Origin: Parasphingopyxis sp.
GTDB lineage: Bacteria > Pseudomonadota > Alphaproteobacteria > Sphingomonadales > Sphingomonadaceae
Assembly: GCF_052168295.1 (NCBI RefSeq)
Contig: NZ_JBQLZN010000056.1
Location: forward strand, 758 to 64,757
Length of the DNA stretch: 64,000 nucleotides
Direction of reading: 5' to 3'
Shown here: piece after piece, positions 9,182-19,630 of the stretch
Position numbering within the stretch: position 1 is the first letter of the stretch
Layout of the letters: the number at the start of each line of letters is the position of its first letter
Notes under the pieces: generated by a model
Told to the model about the DNA's origin: nothing
The model's input: the letters and a program-made list of their open reading frames with translations, nothing else
Database searches by the model: none
Made by a program: the position numbers and the translations under genes

Positions 9182-10093
9182 ATGGAAGCGCAATCCTCTC
9201 TTCCCGATACCGAGCGGCACTGGCTGATCGCCGCGCTGCCGCCGGCGGCGCGCCCGTTCGGACTGCTCGCCCGGTTCGACCGGCCGATCGGCTGGTGGCT
9301 GCTCTTCTGGCCCTGCGCGTGGAGCGTGGCTCTGGCCGGTGGCGCGGCAGAGCGCTGGGATCTGCTACTCTGGTTCCTGGTCGGTGCGATCGCGATGCGC
9401 GGGGCGGGATGCACCTATAACGATATCGTCGACCGCGATCTCGACCGGAAGGTGGAGCGAACGCGTGGGCGGCCCCTTGCGAGCGGGCGGGTGTCGCTTC
9501 GTGCCGCCTGGATCTGGCTCGTGCTGCAATGCCTGATCGGCCTCGTCGTATTGCTGCAATTGCACTGGGAGGCGCAGCTCGTGGCCCTCGGTAGCCTGGC
9601 TCTCGTCGCGGCCTATCCGTTCATGAAGCGGATTACCTGGTGGCCGCAGGTCTGGCTCGGTCTCGTATTCAGCTGGGGTGTGCCGGTGGGCTGGGTCGCG
9701 ATCACCGGGGAGGCGGCGCCGGCGATGTTCTGGCTGTATGCCGGCGCGGTTTTCTGGGTCATCGGCTATGATACGATCTATGCGCTGCAGGATATCGAGG
9801 ACGATGCGCTCGCCGGCGTGAAGAGCACAGCCCGGCGGCTGGGCACGCATGCGCGGTCGGGTGTGGCAATCTTCTATCTCCTGGCGCTCGCCTGTTGGGG
9901 GATCGCGATCTGGCAGGTCCGGCCGCAATGGCTTGCCGTCGCTGCGTTGATCCCGGCGGCGCTGCATCTTCTCTGGCAGGTTGCGACGCTCAAGCGGGAA
10001 GACGGCGCGGACGCGCTCGCCAAGTTTCGCTCGAACCGCGAAACCGGATTGCTGGTTGCGCTGGCCTGTTTGGTCATTGGTGCCACGGCCTAG
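9182..10093 (+). CDS. ubiA: 4-hydroxybenzoate polyprenyltransferase
   Basis: R.DRPIGWWLL, NDIVDRDLDRKVERT..RPL and YDTIYA.QD..DD motifs. Confidence 0.95.
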   Translation: MEAQSSLPDTERHWLIAALPPAARPFGLLARFDRPIGWWLLFWPCAWSVALAGGAAERWDLLLWFLVGAIAMRGAGCTYNDIVDRDLDRKVERTRGRPLASGRVSLRAAWIWLVLQCLIGLVVLLQLHWEAQLVALGSLALVAAYPFMKRITWWPQVWLGLVFSWGVPVGWVAITGEAAPAMFWLYAGAVFWVIGYDTIYALQDIEDDALAGVKSTARRLGTHARSGVAIFYLLALACWGIAIWQVRPQWLAVAALIPAALHLLWQVATLKREDGADALAKFRSNRETGLLVALACLVIGATA

Positions 10094-10128
10094 GTGACAA
10101 GGCTCGCCCGCGCCCCTAAATCGCCCCC

Positions 10129-11475
10129 ATGCTGACCGTCACCGAAGCGCAGACGCGCGCCGCCGATCTCGTAACCGCCGCAAAGAAAGCCGGAGCAGAT
10201 GCCGCGGACGTCCTCTATTCGGGCGGTGTTTCGACCGAAGTACAGGTCCGGCTCGGCGAACTCGAGGACGTCCAGCGATCCGAAGGCGAGGAAATCGGGC
10301 TGCGCTTCTTCGTCGGAAAGCGCTCTGCCAGCGTCTCCTCGTCCGACCTGTCCGACGACGCACTCGCCACGCTGGTCGAGCGCGCGGCCGCGATGGCGCG
10401 CGAGGCGCCGGAGGACGCCTATGCCGGGCTCGCGCCCGAGGACCGGCTGTTTTCGGGCGACATGCCTGATCTCGATATCGACGATGGCGGCGATGCCGAA
10501 CCCGAAGCGTTGCGCGCCAGCGCGCTCGAAGCCGAAGATGCCGCCCGCGCGGTGGACGGCGTTACGAACAGCGAAGGCGGCGGCGCATCGGCGAGCCGCT
10601 CCATCATGGCGCTTGCCACGAGCCATGGCTTTTGCGGTGGCTATCAGGCGTCGAGCCATGGCGTATCGGCGAGCGTGATCGCGGGCGAGGGCAGCGGTAT
10701 GCAGCGCGACTATGCCTATCGTACCGCCCGCCATCTCGAAGATCTCGACAGTGCGGCCAGCATCGGCCGCCGGGCCGGCGAGCGCACGGTTGCCCGCCTC
10801 AATCCGGCTAAGATCGATAGCGGCGCGATGCCGGTCGTCTTCGATCCGCGTGTATCGGGCGGGCTGCTCGGCCATCTGATCGGCGCGATCACGGGATCGG
10901 CGATCACCCGCGGCACGAGTTTTTTGCGCGATTGCCTGGAGGAGCAAATCTTCGCCGACGGTATAACCGTGCGCGACGATCCCTTGCGCAAACGCGGGCT
11001 GCGCTCCCGCCCGTTCGACGGTGAGGGCCTGCCCATCGCGGAGCGTGCGATCATCGATGACGGCATCCTGACCGGCTGGCTGCTCGACAGCGCGTCGGCA
11101 CGGCAGCTGGGGCTGGAGCCGACCGGCCATGCGAAGCGCGGGATCGGCGGGCCGCCGGGCGCGGGCGCGAGCAATCTGCACCTGGAAGCGGGTGCGCAAT
11201 CGCGCGACGAACTGATCGCGGATATCGATAAGGGTGTGCTCGTCAACGAACTGATCGGCATGGGTGTCAATCCCGTGACCGGCGATTACAGCCGTGGCGC
11301 ATCGGGTTTTCTGATCGAAAACGGCAAGATTGGCGCACCGGTCGCCGAGATCACGATCGCCGGCAATCTCAAGGACATGTTCCGCGCGCTGATGCCGGCA
11401 AGCGATCTTGAATTCATCCGCGGCGTCAACGCACCGACCGTAAGGATTGAGGGCATGACGGTGGCGGGTGCCTGA
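10129..11475 (+). CDS. pmbA: TldD/PmbA family metallopeptidase modulator (PmbA/TldE type)
   Basis: RPFDGEG, GVNPVTGDYSRGASGF and EITIAGNL motifs. Confidence 0.85.
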   Translation: MLTVTEAQTRAADLVTAAKKAGADAADVLYSGGVSTEVQVRLGELEDVQRSEGEEIGLRFFVGKRSASVSSSDLSDDALATLVERAAAMAREAPEDAYAGLAPEDRLFSGDMPDLDIDDGGDAEPEALRASALEAEDAARAVDGVTNSEGGGASASRSIMALATSHGFCGGYQASSHGVSASVIAGEGSGMQRDYAYRTARHLEDLDSAASIGRRAGERTVARLNPAKIDSGAMPVVFDPRVSGGLLGHLIGAITGSAITRGTSFLRDCLEEQIFADGITVRDDPLRKRGLRSRPFDGEGLPIAERAIIDDGILTGWLLDSASARQLGLEPTGHAKRGIGGPPGAGASNLHLEAGAQSRDELIADIDKGVLVNELIGMGVNPVTGDYSRGASGFLIENGKIGAPVAEITIAGNLKDMFRALMPASDLEFIRGVNAPTVRIEGMTVAGA

Positions 11476-12244
11476 CGTCACGCCCGATGCAATCGCCGCG
11501 ATCGCTGCCGAAGCGGCGGAACTGGCGCGCGAGCGCTGGCGCGGCGAGCTCGAAATCTGGGAAAAATCGCCCGATCACCCGGTGTCCGATGTCGATCTGC
11601 TCGTGGACCGGTTCCTGCGCGAACGGCTGACGGCGCTTGATCCCGATGCCGGCTATCTTTCCGAGGAAACGACCGACACCGCCGCCCGGCTCGGCAAAGC
11701 TCGGCTCTGGGTGGTCGATCCCATCGACGGCACGCGCGACTTCATTCGCGAACGCGCAGGCTGGTGCGTATCCGTTGCGCTCGTCGAGGATGGACAACCG
11801 ATTTGCGGCGTGCTCGAAGCGCCTGCCCGCGAAGAACGATGGATGGCCGCCGCCGGCATGGGCGCGACGCGCAACGGTTTGCCGATCGCGGTCAGCGGCC
11901 GGACCGAACTGCCGGGCGCGCGCGTACCATTCGCCAACCTGCCGAAGGATTCCGATCTCGTCGCGGTCGCACAGCCCAATTCGATCGCGCTGCGCATCGC
12001 AATGGTCGCGGCCGGCGAGGCCGATCTCGTCGCAACCTTGCGCTGGGGCCATGAATGGGATGTGGGCGCGGCCGCGCTGATCGCGCGCGAGGCCGGTGCG
12101 ACGGTGACCGATGCGTTGGGCGTGCCCCTGGAATTCAACACGCATGCTGCCGAAGCGTTCGGCGTGCTGATATCCACGCCCGCCATCCATGCTGCCGCGG
12201 TCGAGCGGCTGCGTGAACGCGCGGAGCAGCTATCGGTGCGCTAG
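11468..12244 (+). CDS. Inositol monophosphatase / CysQ family 3'(2'),5'-bisphosphate nucleotidase
   Basis: LSEE, VDPIDGTRDF and EWDVGAA motifs. Confidence 0.85.
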   Translation: MPDVTPDAIAAIAAEAAELARERWRGELEIWEKSPDHPVSDVDLLVDRFLRERLTALDPDAGYLSEETTDTAARLGKARLWVVDPIDGTRDFIRERAGWCVSVALVEDGQPICGVLEAPAREERWMAAAGMGATRNGLPIAVSGRTELPGARVPFANLPKDSDLVAVAQPNSIALRIAMVAAGEADLVATLRWGHEWDVGAAALIAREAGATVTDALGVPLEFNTHAAEAFGVLISTPAIHAAAVERLRERAEQLSVR

Positions 12245-12657
12245 AGGCCGAGCCGCGGCATTTCCTGCGCCGGGCATTTGTCCATCACGACCTTCAGGCC
12301 AGCTTCTTCAGCCCGCTTCGCCGCGTCCTCGTTGATCACGCCGAGCTGCATCCAGACCGATTTCGCGCCGGCGGCAATCGCTTCGTCCACCGCATCGCCT
12401 GCCGCTTCGCTGTTGCGGAAGATGTCGACCATGTCGATCGGCACGTCGATATCGGAGAGCGAGGCACGGACTTCGACGCCGTGAATCGTCTGGCCCGCGA
12501 TGCCGGGATTGACCGGAAACACGGTAAAGCCGCGACCGATCAGAAACTTCGTGACCCCGTTGCTTGCCCGTTCGGGCTTGGCCGAGGCACCGATCACGGC
12601 GATCGTCTTCGTTTCGGTCAGCAGGGTTTCGAGTTCTTCGTCGGTCGTCAGTAGCAT
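12241..12657 (-). CDS. CoA-binding protein (YccU family)
   Basis: IAVIGASAKPERAS, PVNP, DMVDIFR and VWMQLG..MDKC motifs. Confidence 0.9.
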   Translation of the reverse strand: MLLTTDEELETLLTETKTIAVIGASAKPERASNGVTKFLIGRGFTVFPVNPGIAGQTIHGVEVRASLSDIDVPIDMVDIFRNSEAAGDAVDEAIAAGAKSVWMQLGVINEDAAKRAEEAGLKVVMDKCPAQEMPRLGL

Positions 12658-12680
12658 GGATAATTTCCCTCGGCGGCTTC

Positions 12681-13676
12681 TTATCCGCTCATCCAGTCGG
12701 CGAGTTTTCCGGCGACCGCGTTGAAGGCATCTGCGCCGCTGCCATTGCTGGCCGCGGGCGGAATGCCCTCGTCCGACGCCGTCCGGATGCCGAGATCGAG
12801 CGGGATGCGGCCGAGAAAATCGAACCCGAGCTCATTCGCCGCCGCTTCCGCGCCGCCCGTGCCGAACGGGTCGGAAACCGCGCCGCATTCCGGGCATTCA
12901 TAGCCTGCCATATTCTCGACCAGTCCGATGATCGGTACGCCGGCTTCCTCGAACAGGTGGATCGCTCGTTTTGCGTCGATCAGCGACAGGTCCTGCGGCG
13001 TGGAGACGATGACCGCGCCCGCCGGCTTGTATTTCTGCACCATGGTGAGCTGCACATCGCCGGTGCCGGGGGGCAGGTCGATGATCAGCGTTTCGGTATC
13101 GCCCCATTCGGCATCGATCAGCTGGCCGAGCGCCTTGCCGGCCATCGGCCCGCGCCAGGCGATCGCCTGGCCGGGTTTCACCAACTGCCCCATGCTGAGC
13201 ATCCCGATCCCGAAATCGGTCGGCACGGGTACGAGTTTCTTGTGCTCGGTGGCGGTCGGCTTGCGATCCTCCACGCTCAGCAGACGCGGCTGGGACGGCC
13301 CGTAAACATCCGCATCGATCAGTCCGACCCTGAGGCCCCGGCGCGCCAATGCGATGGCGAGATTGGCGGACAGCGTCGACTTGCCGACACCGCCCTTGCC
13401 CGAGCCCACTGCGATGATCCGTCGTGTCGTTCGCTTGCTCGTCATGGCGACACGCACGGTGTCGACGCCTTCGACCGCGCCGAGCGCGCGATTGATATCG
13501 GCTTCGATCAGTGCGCGCTTGTCGGCGTTGATGTCCGTGACATCGAGGATAACGCTCGCAATGCCGTCGGCAAAGCGCGGCGCGGGCGCGCGGCCGGAAT
13601 CGATGAGGCCCTTGCCCGATAGCGGATCGGCAATGGCGTTGAGTCCGGCGGATAGCTGGTCGGCAATATCTGTCAT
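12681..13676 (-). CDS. mrp: Mrp/NBP35 (ApbC) Fe-S cluster carrier ATPase
   Basis: GKGGVGKS Walker A, DADVYGPS, WRGPM, DLPPGTGD and CPEC motifs. Confidence 0.92.
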   Translation of the reverse strand: MTDIADQLSAGLNAIADPLSGKGLIDSGRAPAPRFADGIASVILDVTDINADKRALIEADINRALGAVEGVDTVRVAMTSKRTTRRIIAVGSGKGGVGKSTLSANLAIALARRGLRVGLIDADVYGPSQPRLLSVEDRKPTATEHKKLVPVPTDFGIGMLSMGQLVKPGQAIAWRGPMAGKALGQLIDAEWGDTETLIIDLPPGTGDVQLTMVQKYKPAGAVIVSTPQDLSLIDAKRAIHLFEEAGVPIIGLVENMAGYECPECGAVSDPFGTGGAEAAANELGFDFLGRIPLDLGIRTASDEGIPPAASNGSGADAFNAVAGKLADWMSG

Positions 13677-13746
13677 GACGGTCAAATAGGAAGCCCGACA
13701 CCAAATGACACTGTTTTTCCGGACAAGGCTTCCTATAAAGAGCGGT

Positions 13747-14895
13747 ATGAGCGTTTTTACAGGTCTGGGCGCCAGAATCGGCTCCCTTTTGAAGAGCGAG
13801 GGCCGCGGCCCTTGGGGTGGCCGCGGTGGCGGCGGATCGGGCGGCAACGGCTCCGGCGGTAACGGTTCGGGGGGTGGCGGCAATGACGGCCCGAAAAACC
13901 CCTGGTCCCAACCTCCGCGCAAGCGCCCCTCCGGCGGACAGGGCGGCCCGACCGCACTCGACGAGCTTCTGAAACGCGGCCGCACGCAGTGGGGCGGTGG
14001 CGGGGGCCGCGGTCCGGAACTTCCGACATTCGGCGGCCGGCCGATCTGGTTCTGGGCCATCATCCTGCTCGTGGCGCTGTGGCTGTTCTTCACCTCCTTC
14101 CATCTCGTCGGCCCGCAGGAACGCGGCGTATTGACGCGTTTCGGCAATTATGTCGGCACCTATCAGCCCGGGCCGAACTTCTCCTTCCCGGCGCCGATCG
14201 ACCGGGTGCAGATCATCGATGTCGACAATATCCGCACGATCGATATCGGCGGAACCGGCGCGGACGCGGAAAACCGTGTGCTGACCGGCGACCAGAATAT
14301 TGTCGATCTCGCCTATCAGATTCGCTGGAACATCAAGGAACCGCAGAATTACCTGTTCCAGATCGTCAATCCCGAAGAAACGATCCGCGAAGTTGCGGAG
14401 AGCGCGATGCGCGCCGTGATCGCGCGCGTAACGCTGGATGACGCGATCGGCGCCGGCCGTGGCGAAATCGAGCAGCGGGTGCAGGCGTTGATGCAGGAAT
14501 TGCTCGACGGTTATGGCGCGGGCGTGCTCGTGCAGGGTGTTGCGATCGAAGAGGCTGATCCGCCCTCGGCCGTGGAAGAGAGCTTCCGCCGCGTGTCCGC
14601 CGCGCAGCAAACCGCGCAGACCTATCTCAACAACGCGCGCGCCTATGCGCAGCAGCTGACCGCCCGCGCGCAGGGTGAATCGGCGGCCTTTACGCGGGTC
14701 TACGAGGAATATCGGCTTGCGCCCGAAGTGACGCGGCGCCGCATGTATTATGAAACGATGGAGCGCATCCTGGGCAGCGTGAACATCACCATCGTCGAGG
14801 CGGACGGCGTGACGCCCTATCTGCCGCTGCCTGAAGTCCAGCGCCGGGTACGCCAGCAGGCGACGCCCGCGCCCGAGGCAGGAGAGACGCAATGA
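13747..14895 (+). CDS. hflK: FtsH protease modulator HflK
   Basis: Gly-rich N-terminus with NPW, a TM helix, SPFH domain (LTGDQNIVD) and PEVTRRRMYYETME. Confidence 0.93.
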   Translation: MSVFTGLGARIGSLLKSEGRGPWGGRGGGGSGGNGSGGNGSGGGGNDGPKNPWSQPPRKRPSGGQGGPTALDELLKRGRTQWGGGGGRGPELPTFGGRPIWFWAIILLVALWLFFTSFHLVGPQERGVLTRFGNYVGTYQPGPNFSFPAPIDRVQIIDVDNIRTIDIGGTGADAENRVLTGDQNIVDLAYQIRWNIKEPQNYLFQIVNPEETIREVAESAMRAVIARVTLDDAIGAGRGEIEQRVQALMQELLDGYGAGVLVQGVAIEEADPPSAVEESFRRVSAAQQTAQTYLNNARAYAQQLTARAQGESAAFTRVYEEYRLAPEVTRRRMYYETMERILGSVNITIVEADGVTPYLPLPEVQRRVRQQATPAPEAGETQ

Positions 14896-15764
14896 GCATC
14901 GCAACACGCGTCGCGCGTAATCCCATCGCCTATGCCGTTCTCGGCGTTGTTCTTCTGGTCCTGATCCTGAGCAGCTTCTCGATCGTTCCCGAAACGCGCC
15001 AGGCCGTCATCGTGCGCTTCGGCGAACCCGACCGGATCGTAAACCGCTACCAGCCAGGCGAAACGTTCGGATCGGGCAGCGCGGGCCTCATGGCGCATAT
15101 TCCGTTCGTGGATCAGGTCGTGTGGATCGACCGACGCATCCAGAGCGTCGAGATGGAGCGGCAGCAGGTGCTGTCGACCGATCAGCTCCGGCTGCAGGTC
15201 GATGCGTTCGCGCGCTACCGGATCGTCGATCCGCTGCAGATGTATATCTCCGCGCGGACCGAAGAGCGGGTCAGCGAAGCGCTTCGGCCGATCCTCGCCT
15301 CGTCGCTCAGGAATGAACTCGGCCGGCGGCCCTTCGCGGCGCTGCTGAGCCCCGAACGCGGCCAGGTGATGGACAATATCCAGGAAAGCCTGAACCTCGC
15401 CGCGCGGCAATATGGCGCGGAAATCGTCGATGTGCGGATCAAGCGGGCCGACCTGCCCGAAGGCCAGCCGCTGGAATCGGCCTATCGCCGGATGCGCTCG
15501 GCGCGTGAACAGGAAGCGCTGACCATCGAAGCCCAGGGCGCGAAACAGGCGCAGATCATCCGCGCGGAAGCCGATGCGGAAGCGGCACGGACCTACGCAG
15601 AAGCGTTTGGCGCGGACCCCGATTTCTACGATTTCTACCGGGCGATGGAATCCTATCGCGCGACATTCGGGATCGATCGGCCGGCCGGGCCCGACGATGG
15701 CGAGGCGGCGATCGTGATGTCGCCGGATAACGAATATCTGCGTCAATTCCGTGGACTGCGCTGA
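14892..15764 (+). CDS. hflC: FtsH protease modulator HflC
   Basis: SPFH domain, DVRIKRADLP and DPDFYDFYRAMESY. ATGA overlap with hflK. Confidence 0.93.
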   Translation: MSIATRVARNPIAYAVLGVVLLVLILSSFSIVPETRQAVIVRFGEPDRIVNRYQPGETFGSGSAGLMAHIPFVDQVVWIDRRIQSVEMERQQVLSTDQLRLQVDAFARYRIVDPLQMYISARTEERVSEALRPILASSLRNELGRRPFAALLSPERGQVMDNIQESLNLAARQYGAEIVDVRIKRADLPEGQPLESAYRRMRSAREQEALTIEAQGAKQAQIIRAEADAEAARTYAEAFGADPDFYDFYRAMESYRATFGIDRPAGPDDGEAAIVMSPDNEYLRQFRGLR

Positions 15765-15796
15765 CGGTTCGACCAACGACAGCCAGACACCCTATG

Positions 15797-15811
15797 TTCA
15801 ATATGTGTTAA
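15797..15811. promoter_or_regulatory. Candidate CtrA-like site upstream of the Do protease gene
   Basis: TTCA-N7-TTAA, one mismatch to the TTAA-N7-TTAA consensus. Confidence 0.25.
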
Positions 15812-15873
15812 GGCGCTATTCCGCAGCTCACAGACAGGTGTCGTAAAGGATATAGCGAAGAGATTGGAGAATT

Positions 15874-17433
15874 ATGACCGTGCGTTACGCTTATGCGATC
15901 ACAGGGATTCTTCTGGCCGGCGGAACGGCCGCGACATTGGCGCTGCAACAACCCGTCGGCGCGCAGGTGGCGCAGAACGCGCCGACCACCATGCCGCAGG
16001 TCAGCGCGCCCGGCAGCTTTGCCGACCTGACCGAGCGGCTGGCGCCGGCCGTCGTCAATATCTCGACGACCCAGACGATCGAAGTCCAGCGCCGCAACCC
16101 CTTTGCCGGCAGCCCCTTCGACGATTTCTTCCGGCAGTTCGGCCAACGCGGCAATGACGGCCCAATCACGCGTGAAGCGACGTCTCTCGGCTCGGGTTTC
16201 ATCATTTCGGCCGACGGCTTCGTCGTTACCAACAATCATGTGATTTCCTCGCGCGGCCGCAACGGCCAGCCGGGCTCCGATCCGGTGGATACGATTACCG
16301 TCACCCTGTCGGACCGCACCGAGTATGAGGCGCGGATCGTCGGCCGCGATCCGTCTTCGGACCTCGCGGTGCTGAAAATCGACGGCAACAACCTGCCCTT
16401 CGTTCAGTTCGGCGATTCCGACAATCTACGCGTCGGCGACTGGGTGATCGCGATCGGCAATCCCTTCGGTCTTGGTGGCACCGTGACGGCCGGTATCGTT
16501 TCGGCGCTCCAGCGCACGATCGGGCAGGGCGGGGCCTATGACCGCTACATCCAGACCGACGCGTCGATCAACCAGGGCAATTCCGGCGGCCCGATGTTCG
16601 ATATTCAGGGCAATGTCGTCGGCATCAACAGCGCGATCTTCTCGCCGACCGGTGGCAATGTCGGCATCGGTTTTGCGATCCCGGCAACCGAGGCCCGGCC
16701 CATTGTCGAAACGCTGATGCGCGGCGAACGCGTGCAGCGCGGCTATCTCGGCGTGAGCATTCAGCCGATGACAGATGCGATCGCCGATTCGCTCGGCCTG
16801 CCGGCCAATCGCGGCGAGATCGTAGCGCGGGTCGAACCGGGCGAGGCGGCCGAAGCCGCCGGGATCCGCCGGGGCGATGTGATCGTCAGCGTGAACGGCC
16901 GGGATGTGACGCCGGACGATACGCTCTCCTATATCGTGGCGAACTTGCCGGTCGGATCGCGCGTGCCGATCGTGCTGATCCGCGATGGCGAGCGCATCCG
17001 CGTCACCGCCACTATGGGCGAGCGCCCGAGCGATGAAGAGCTGATCCGCCGCGCCCAGCAGGGCCAAGAGGACGAAGACGTGCTCGAAGAGCCGACCAAG
17101 GAAGAGCCGGGGAGCGACGAGTCCGAAGCGACGATGGAGGCCATCGGCGTCGGCTTCCAGACGCTGACCCCGCAGATCGCCCGCCAGATCGGCGTGCCGA
17201 GCGGCGTGCGCGGTCTGGTGGTCAACCAGGTCGATCCGTCGAGCGATGCGGCCCAGCAGAATATCCGCCGCGGCGACGTGATCCTGTCGATCAACCGCAC
17301 CGCCACGCTGCAGCCTTCCGATGCGGTCCGTATCATTCGGGAGGCCCAGCGGGCCGGGCGGCCTTCGGTGCTGCTGCTGCGCCAGCGCGGCAATACGCCG
17401 CCGGCCTTTATCGGCGTCGATTTCCTCGACTAG
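15874..17433 (+). CDS. Do/DegP (HtrA) family periplasmic serine endoprotease with two PDZ domains
   Basis: Signal peptide, GSGFII..DG.VVTNNHV, DLAVLK and IQTDASINQGNSGGP, followed by two PDZ domains. Confidence 0.93.
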   Translation: MTVRYAYAITGILLAGGTAATLALQQPVGAQVAQNAPTTMPQVSAPGSFADLTERLAPAVVNISTTQTIEVQRRNPFAGSPFDDFFRQFGQRGNDGPITREATSLGSGFIISADGFVVTNNHVISSRGRNGQPGSDPVDTITVTLSDRTEYEARIVGRDPSSDLAVLKIDGNNLPFVQFGDSDNLRVGDWVIAIGNPFGLGGTVTAGIVSALQRTIGQGGAYDRYIQTDASINQGNSGGPMFDIQGNVVGINSAIFSPTGGNVGIGFAIPATEARPIVETLMRGERVQRGYLGVSIQPMTDAIADSLGLPANRGEIVARVEPGEAAEAAGIRRGDVIVSVNGRDVTPDDTLSYIVANLPVGSRVPIVLIRDGERIRVTATMGERPSDEELIRRAQQGQEDEDVLEEPTKEEPGSDESEATMEAIGVGFQTLTPQIARQIGVPSGVRGLVVNQVDPSSDAAQQNIRRGDVILSINRTATLQPSDAVRIIREAQRAGRPSVLLLRQRGNTPPAFIGVDFLD

Positions 17434-17441
17434 CCCATTCC

Positions 17442-17467
17442 GCCCCGCCACCACCGGGTGGCGGGGC
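17442..17467 (+). terminator. Perfect 11-bp GC hairpin after the Do protease gene (possible terminator or RNA stabiliser; no U-tract)
   Basis: GCCCCGCCACC-ACCG-GGTGGCGGGGC, 8 nt after the stop codon. Confidence 0.5.
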
Positions 17468-17533
17468 CGCATAGCCCGCTTGCATCGGCGCTTCCGCCCG
17501 GTATCGTTTTCCCGACTATGAGGGGACGTATCC

Positions 17534-19126
17534 ATGGCTGAATCGGCTGGTATATTTCTGGGCCTAGGCGGCGGCGAAAAGCAGTATCTCAATCTCGCGC
17601 GCACCAATCGGCACGGGCTGATCGCCGGCGCGACGGGCACCGGCAAGACGGTCACCGTGCAGGGCCTGTGCGAGAGTTTCTCCAATGCCGGCGTTCCGGT
17701 GTTCGTCGCGGACGTGAAGGGCGATCTGTCGGGCGTCGCCATGCCCGGGAGCGACAGCTTCAAGCATCACGACAAGCTCGTGGAGCGCGCCGAGACGATC
17801 GGGCTTGAGGACTATCGCTATGCCGATAGCCCGACGATTTTCTGGGACCTGTACGGCAAGAAGGGCCATCCGATCCGCACGACGATCAGCGAGATGGGGC
17901 CGCTGCTGCTCGGTCGCCTCATGGACCTGACGGACGCACAGCAGGGCGTGCTGGAAATCGCGTTCCGCTATGCCGACGATGAAGGGATGCTGCTGCTCGA
18001 CCTCGAAGACCTGCAGGCGATGATGGTCGCGACGTCGGAAAATGCGAAGGACCTGTCCGCGCGCTACGGCAACGTGTCGCGACAGAGCGTCGGCGCGATC
18101 CAGCGCAAGCTGCTGCAGTTCGACAATCAGGGCGCGGCCGAGTTTTTCGGCGAACCCGCGCTCGACATTGATGATTTCTTCCGCACCGACGATCAGGGCC
18201 GCGGTTTCGTCAACATGCTGATGGCGGACAAGCTGATGGAAAATCCCAAGCTCTACGCCACCTTCCTGCTGTGGCTGATGAGCGAATTGTTCGAATCGCT
18301 GCCCGAGGTCGGCGATCCCGATAAGCCGAAGCTCGTCTTCTTCTTCGATGAGGCGCATCTGCTGTTCGACGATGCGCCCGACGCGTTGCAGGACAAGATC
18401 GAGCAGGTCGTCCGCCTGATCCGGTCCAAGGGCATTGGCGTGTTCTTCATCACCCAGAACCCGATCGACATTCCCGAAAAGGTAGCCGGACAGCTCGGCA
18501 ACCGGATCCAGCATGCGCTGCGCGCTTTCACGCCGCGGGACAAGCGGGCGATCAAGGCGGCTGCGGAGACCTTCCGTATCAATCCCGATCTCGACGTCGA
18601 AACGTCGATCACCGAACTCAAGGTCGGTGAGGCGCTGGTTTCGACGCTGATGGAGGATGGCGCACCGTCACCGGTCGAGCGGACGCTGATTCGGCCGCCT
18701 TATTCGCGCATGGGGCCGATATCGACCGGTGAGCGCGCGGCACTCATCGCAGCCTCGCCGGTCGGCGATGTCTATGCCGAGCGCATCGACCGCGAATCAG
18801 CCGCCGAGCTGCTCGAACAGAAGGCGCAGGACGCCGCCGAAACAGCGCAAGAGGCGGAAGAGGAGGGCGAGGAAGCCGTCCGGAAACGCTCGCGCAAGTC
18901 CAAGGGGTTGATCGAACGGATGCGCGACGCGGCCGTGCGCTCGGGCATGTCGTCCGCCGGACGCAAGCTGGGCCGCACGCTGACCGGCCGGTCGAGCCGC
19001 GCCAATCCGACGCGCACGGCGGCGTCGGCGGCGGGCGGCGTGCTCAGCCGGGAGATTGCCGACAAGCTCGGCGTGCCGGGGGCCTCGGGCTTTATTCGGG
19101 GAATATTGGGCGGATTGCTGCGCTAG
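17534..19126 (+). CDS. DUF853 / HerA-like P-loop ATPase (YjgR family)
   Basis: [25 protein letters not shown] and [17 protein letters not shown] motifs. Confidence 0.9.
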   Translation: MAESAGIFLGLGGGEKQYLNLARTNRHGLIAGATGTGKTVTVQGLCESFSNAGVPVFVADVKGDLSGVAMPGSDSFKHHDKLVERAETIGLEDYRYADSPTIFWDLYGKKGHPIRTTISEMGPLLLGRLMDLTDAQQGVLEIAFRYADDEGMLLLDLEDLQAMMVATSENAKDLSARYGNVSRQSVGAIQRKLLQFDNQGAAEFFGEPALDIDDFFRTDDQGRGFVNMLMADKLMENPKLYATFLLWLMSELFESLPEVGDPDKPKLVFFFDEAHLLFDDAPDALQDKIEQVVRLIRSKGIGVFFITQNPIDIPEKVAGQLGNRIQHALRAFTPRDKRAIKAAAETFRINPDLDVETSITELKVGEALVSTLMEDGAPSPVERTLIRPPYSRMGPISTGERAALIAASPVGDVYAERIDRESAAELLEQKAQDAAETAQEAEEEGEEAVRKRSRKSKGLIERMRDAAVRSGMSSAGRKLGRTLTGRSSRANPTRTAASAAGGVLSREIADKLGVPGASGFIRGILGGLLR

Positions 19127-19539
19127 TCTTCGGATTTGCCGGGCAGGAACAGCGCGGCGATTTCTTCCGCGATGCGGGCGGGGCGCAAAGTTTCGGCGTC
19201 GATGCAGCACCAGCGCGATTTGACCTCGGCCAGCACTTCCTCGCCGCGCTTGATCACTGTGTCGTAGAACGCGCTCGCGCCCTGCACCTTTTCGACCACC
19301 ACCGACGCGATCACCGTATCGTCCAGAAAGGCGGGCTTGCGATAGGTAATCTCGTGCTTCAGCGCGACCCAGAGATGCGCGGCCACGGCCTGGGGCGGGG
19401 CGATCTTCTGCCAATGGGCGAGCACGGCCTCCTGCACCCATTTGAGATAATTGGCATTATTCACATGACCCATGAAATCGATATCGTCGGATTCGACGGC
19501 GATCGGATGGTCGTGGCGGGGCAAAGCGGTGTCTGTCAC
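19123..19539 (-). CDS. Acyl-CoA thioesterase (4-HBT family)
   Basis: [14 protein letters not shown] motif. Confidence 0.9.
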   Translation of the reverse strand: MTDTALPRHDHPIAVESDDIDFMGHVNNANYLKWVQEAVLAHWQKIAPPQAVAAHLWVALKHEITYRKPAFLDDTVIASVVVEKVQGASAFYDTVIKRGEEVLAEVKSRWCCIDAETLRPARIAEEIAALFLPGKSED

Positions 19540-19630
19540 GGTTTCGCTACTCGGTTACGCGTATCGCATCATTTATAGTTTACATTCATGTCAGTAAAGC
19601 GACAATGAACGAGTTGCGGCAAGCCGAGCG

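Noticed and set aside
13790-14030. Gly-rich GGC repeats at the start of hflK
   Set aside because: Normal low-complexity N-terminus of alphaproteobacterial HflK.
12898-14907. Long antisense or alternate-frame ORFs (e.g. 12898-14907, 22555-23934, 35541-37343, 48267-49769, 50386-51681)
   Set aside because: They are shadows of well-supported genes in high-GC DNA, with Arg/Ala/Gly-rich translations and no family motifs.
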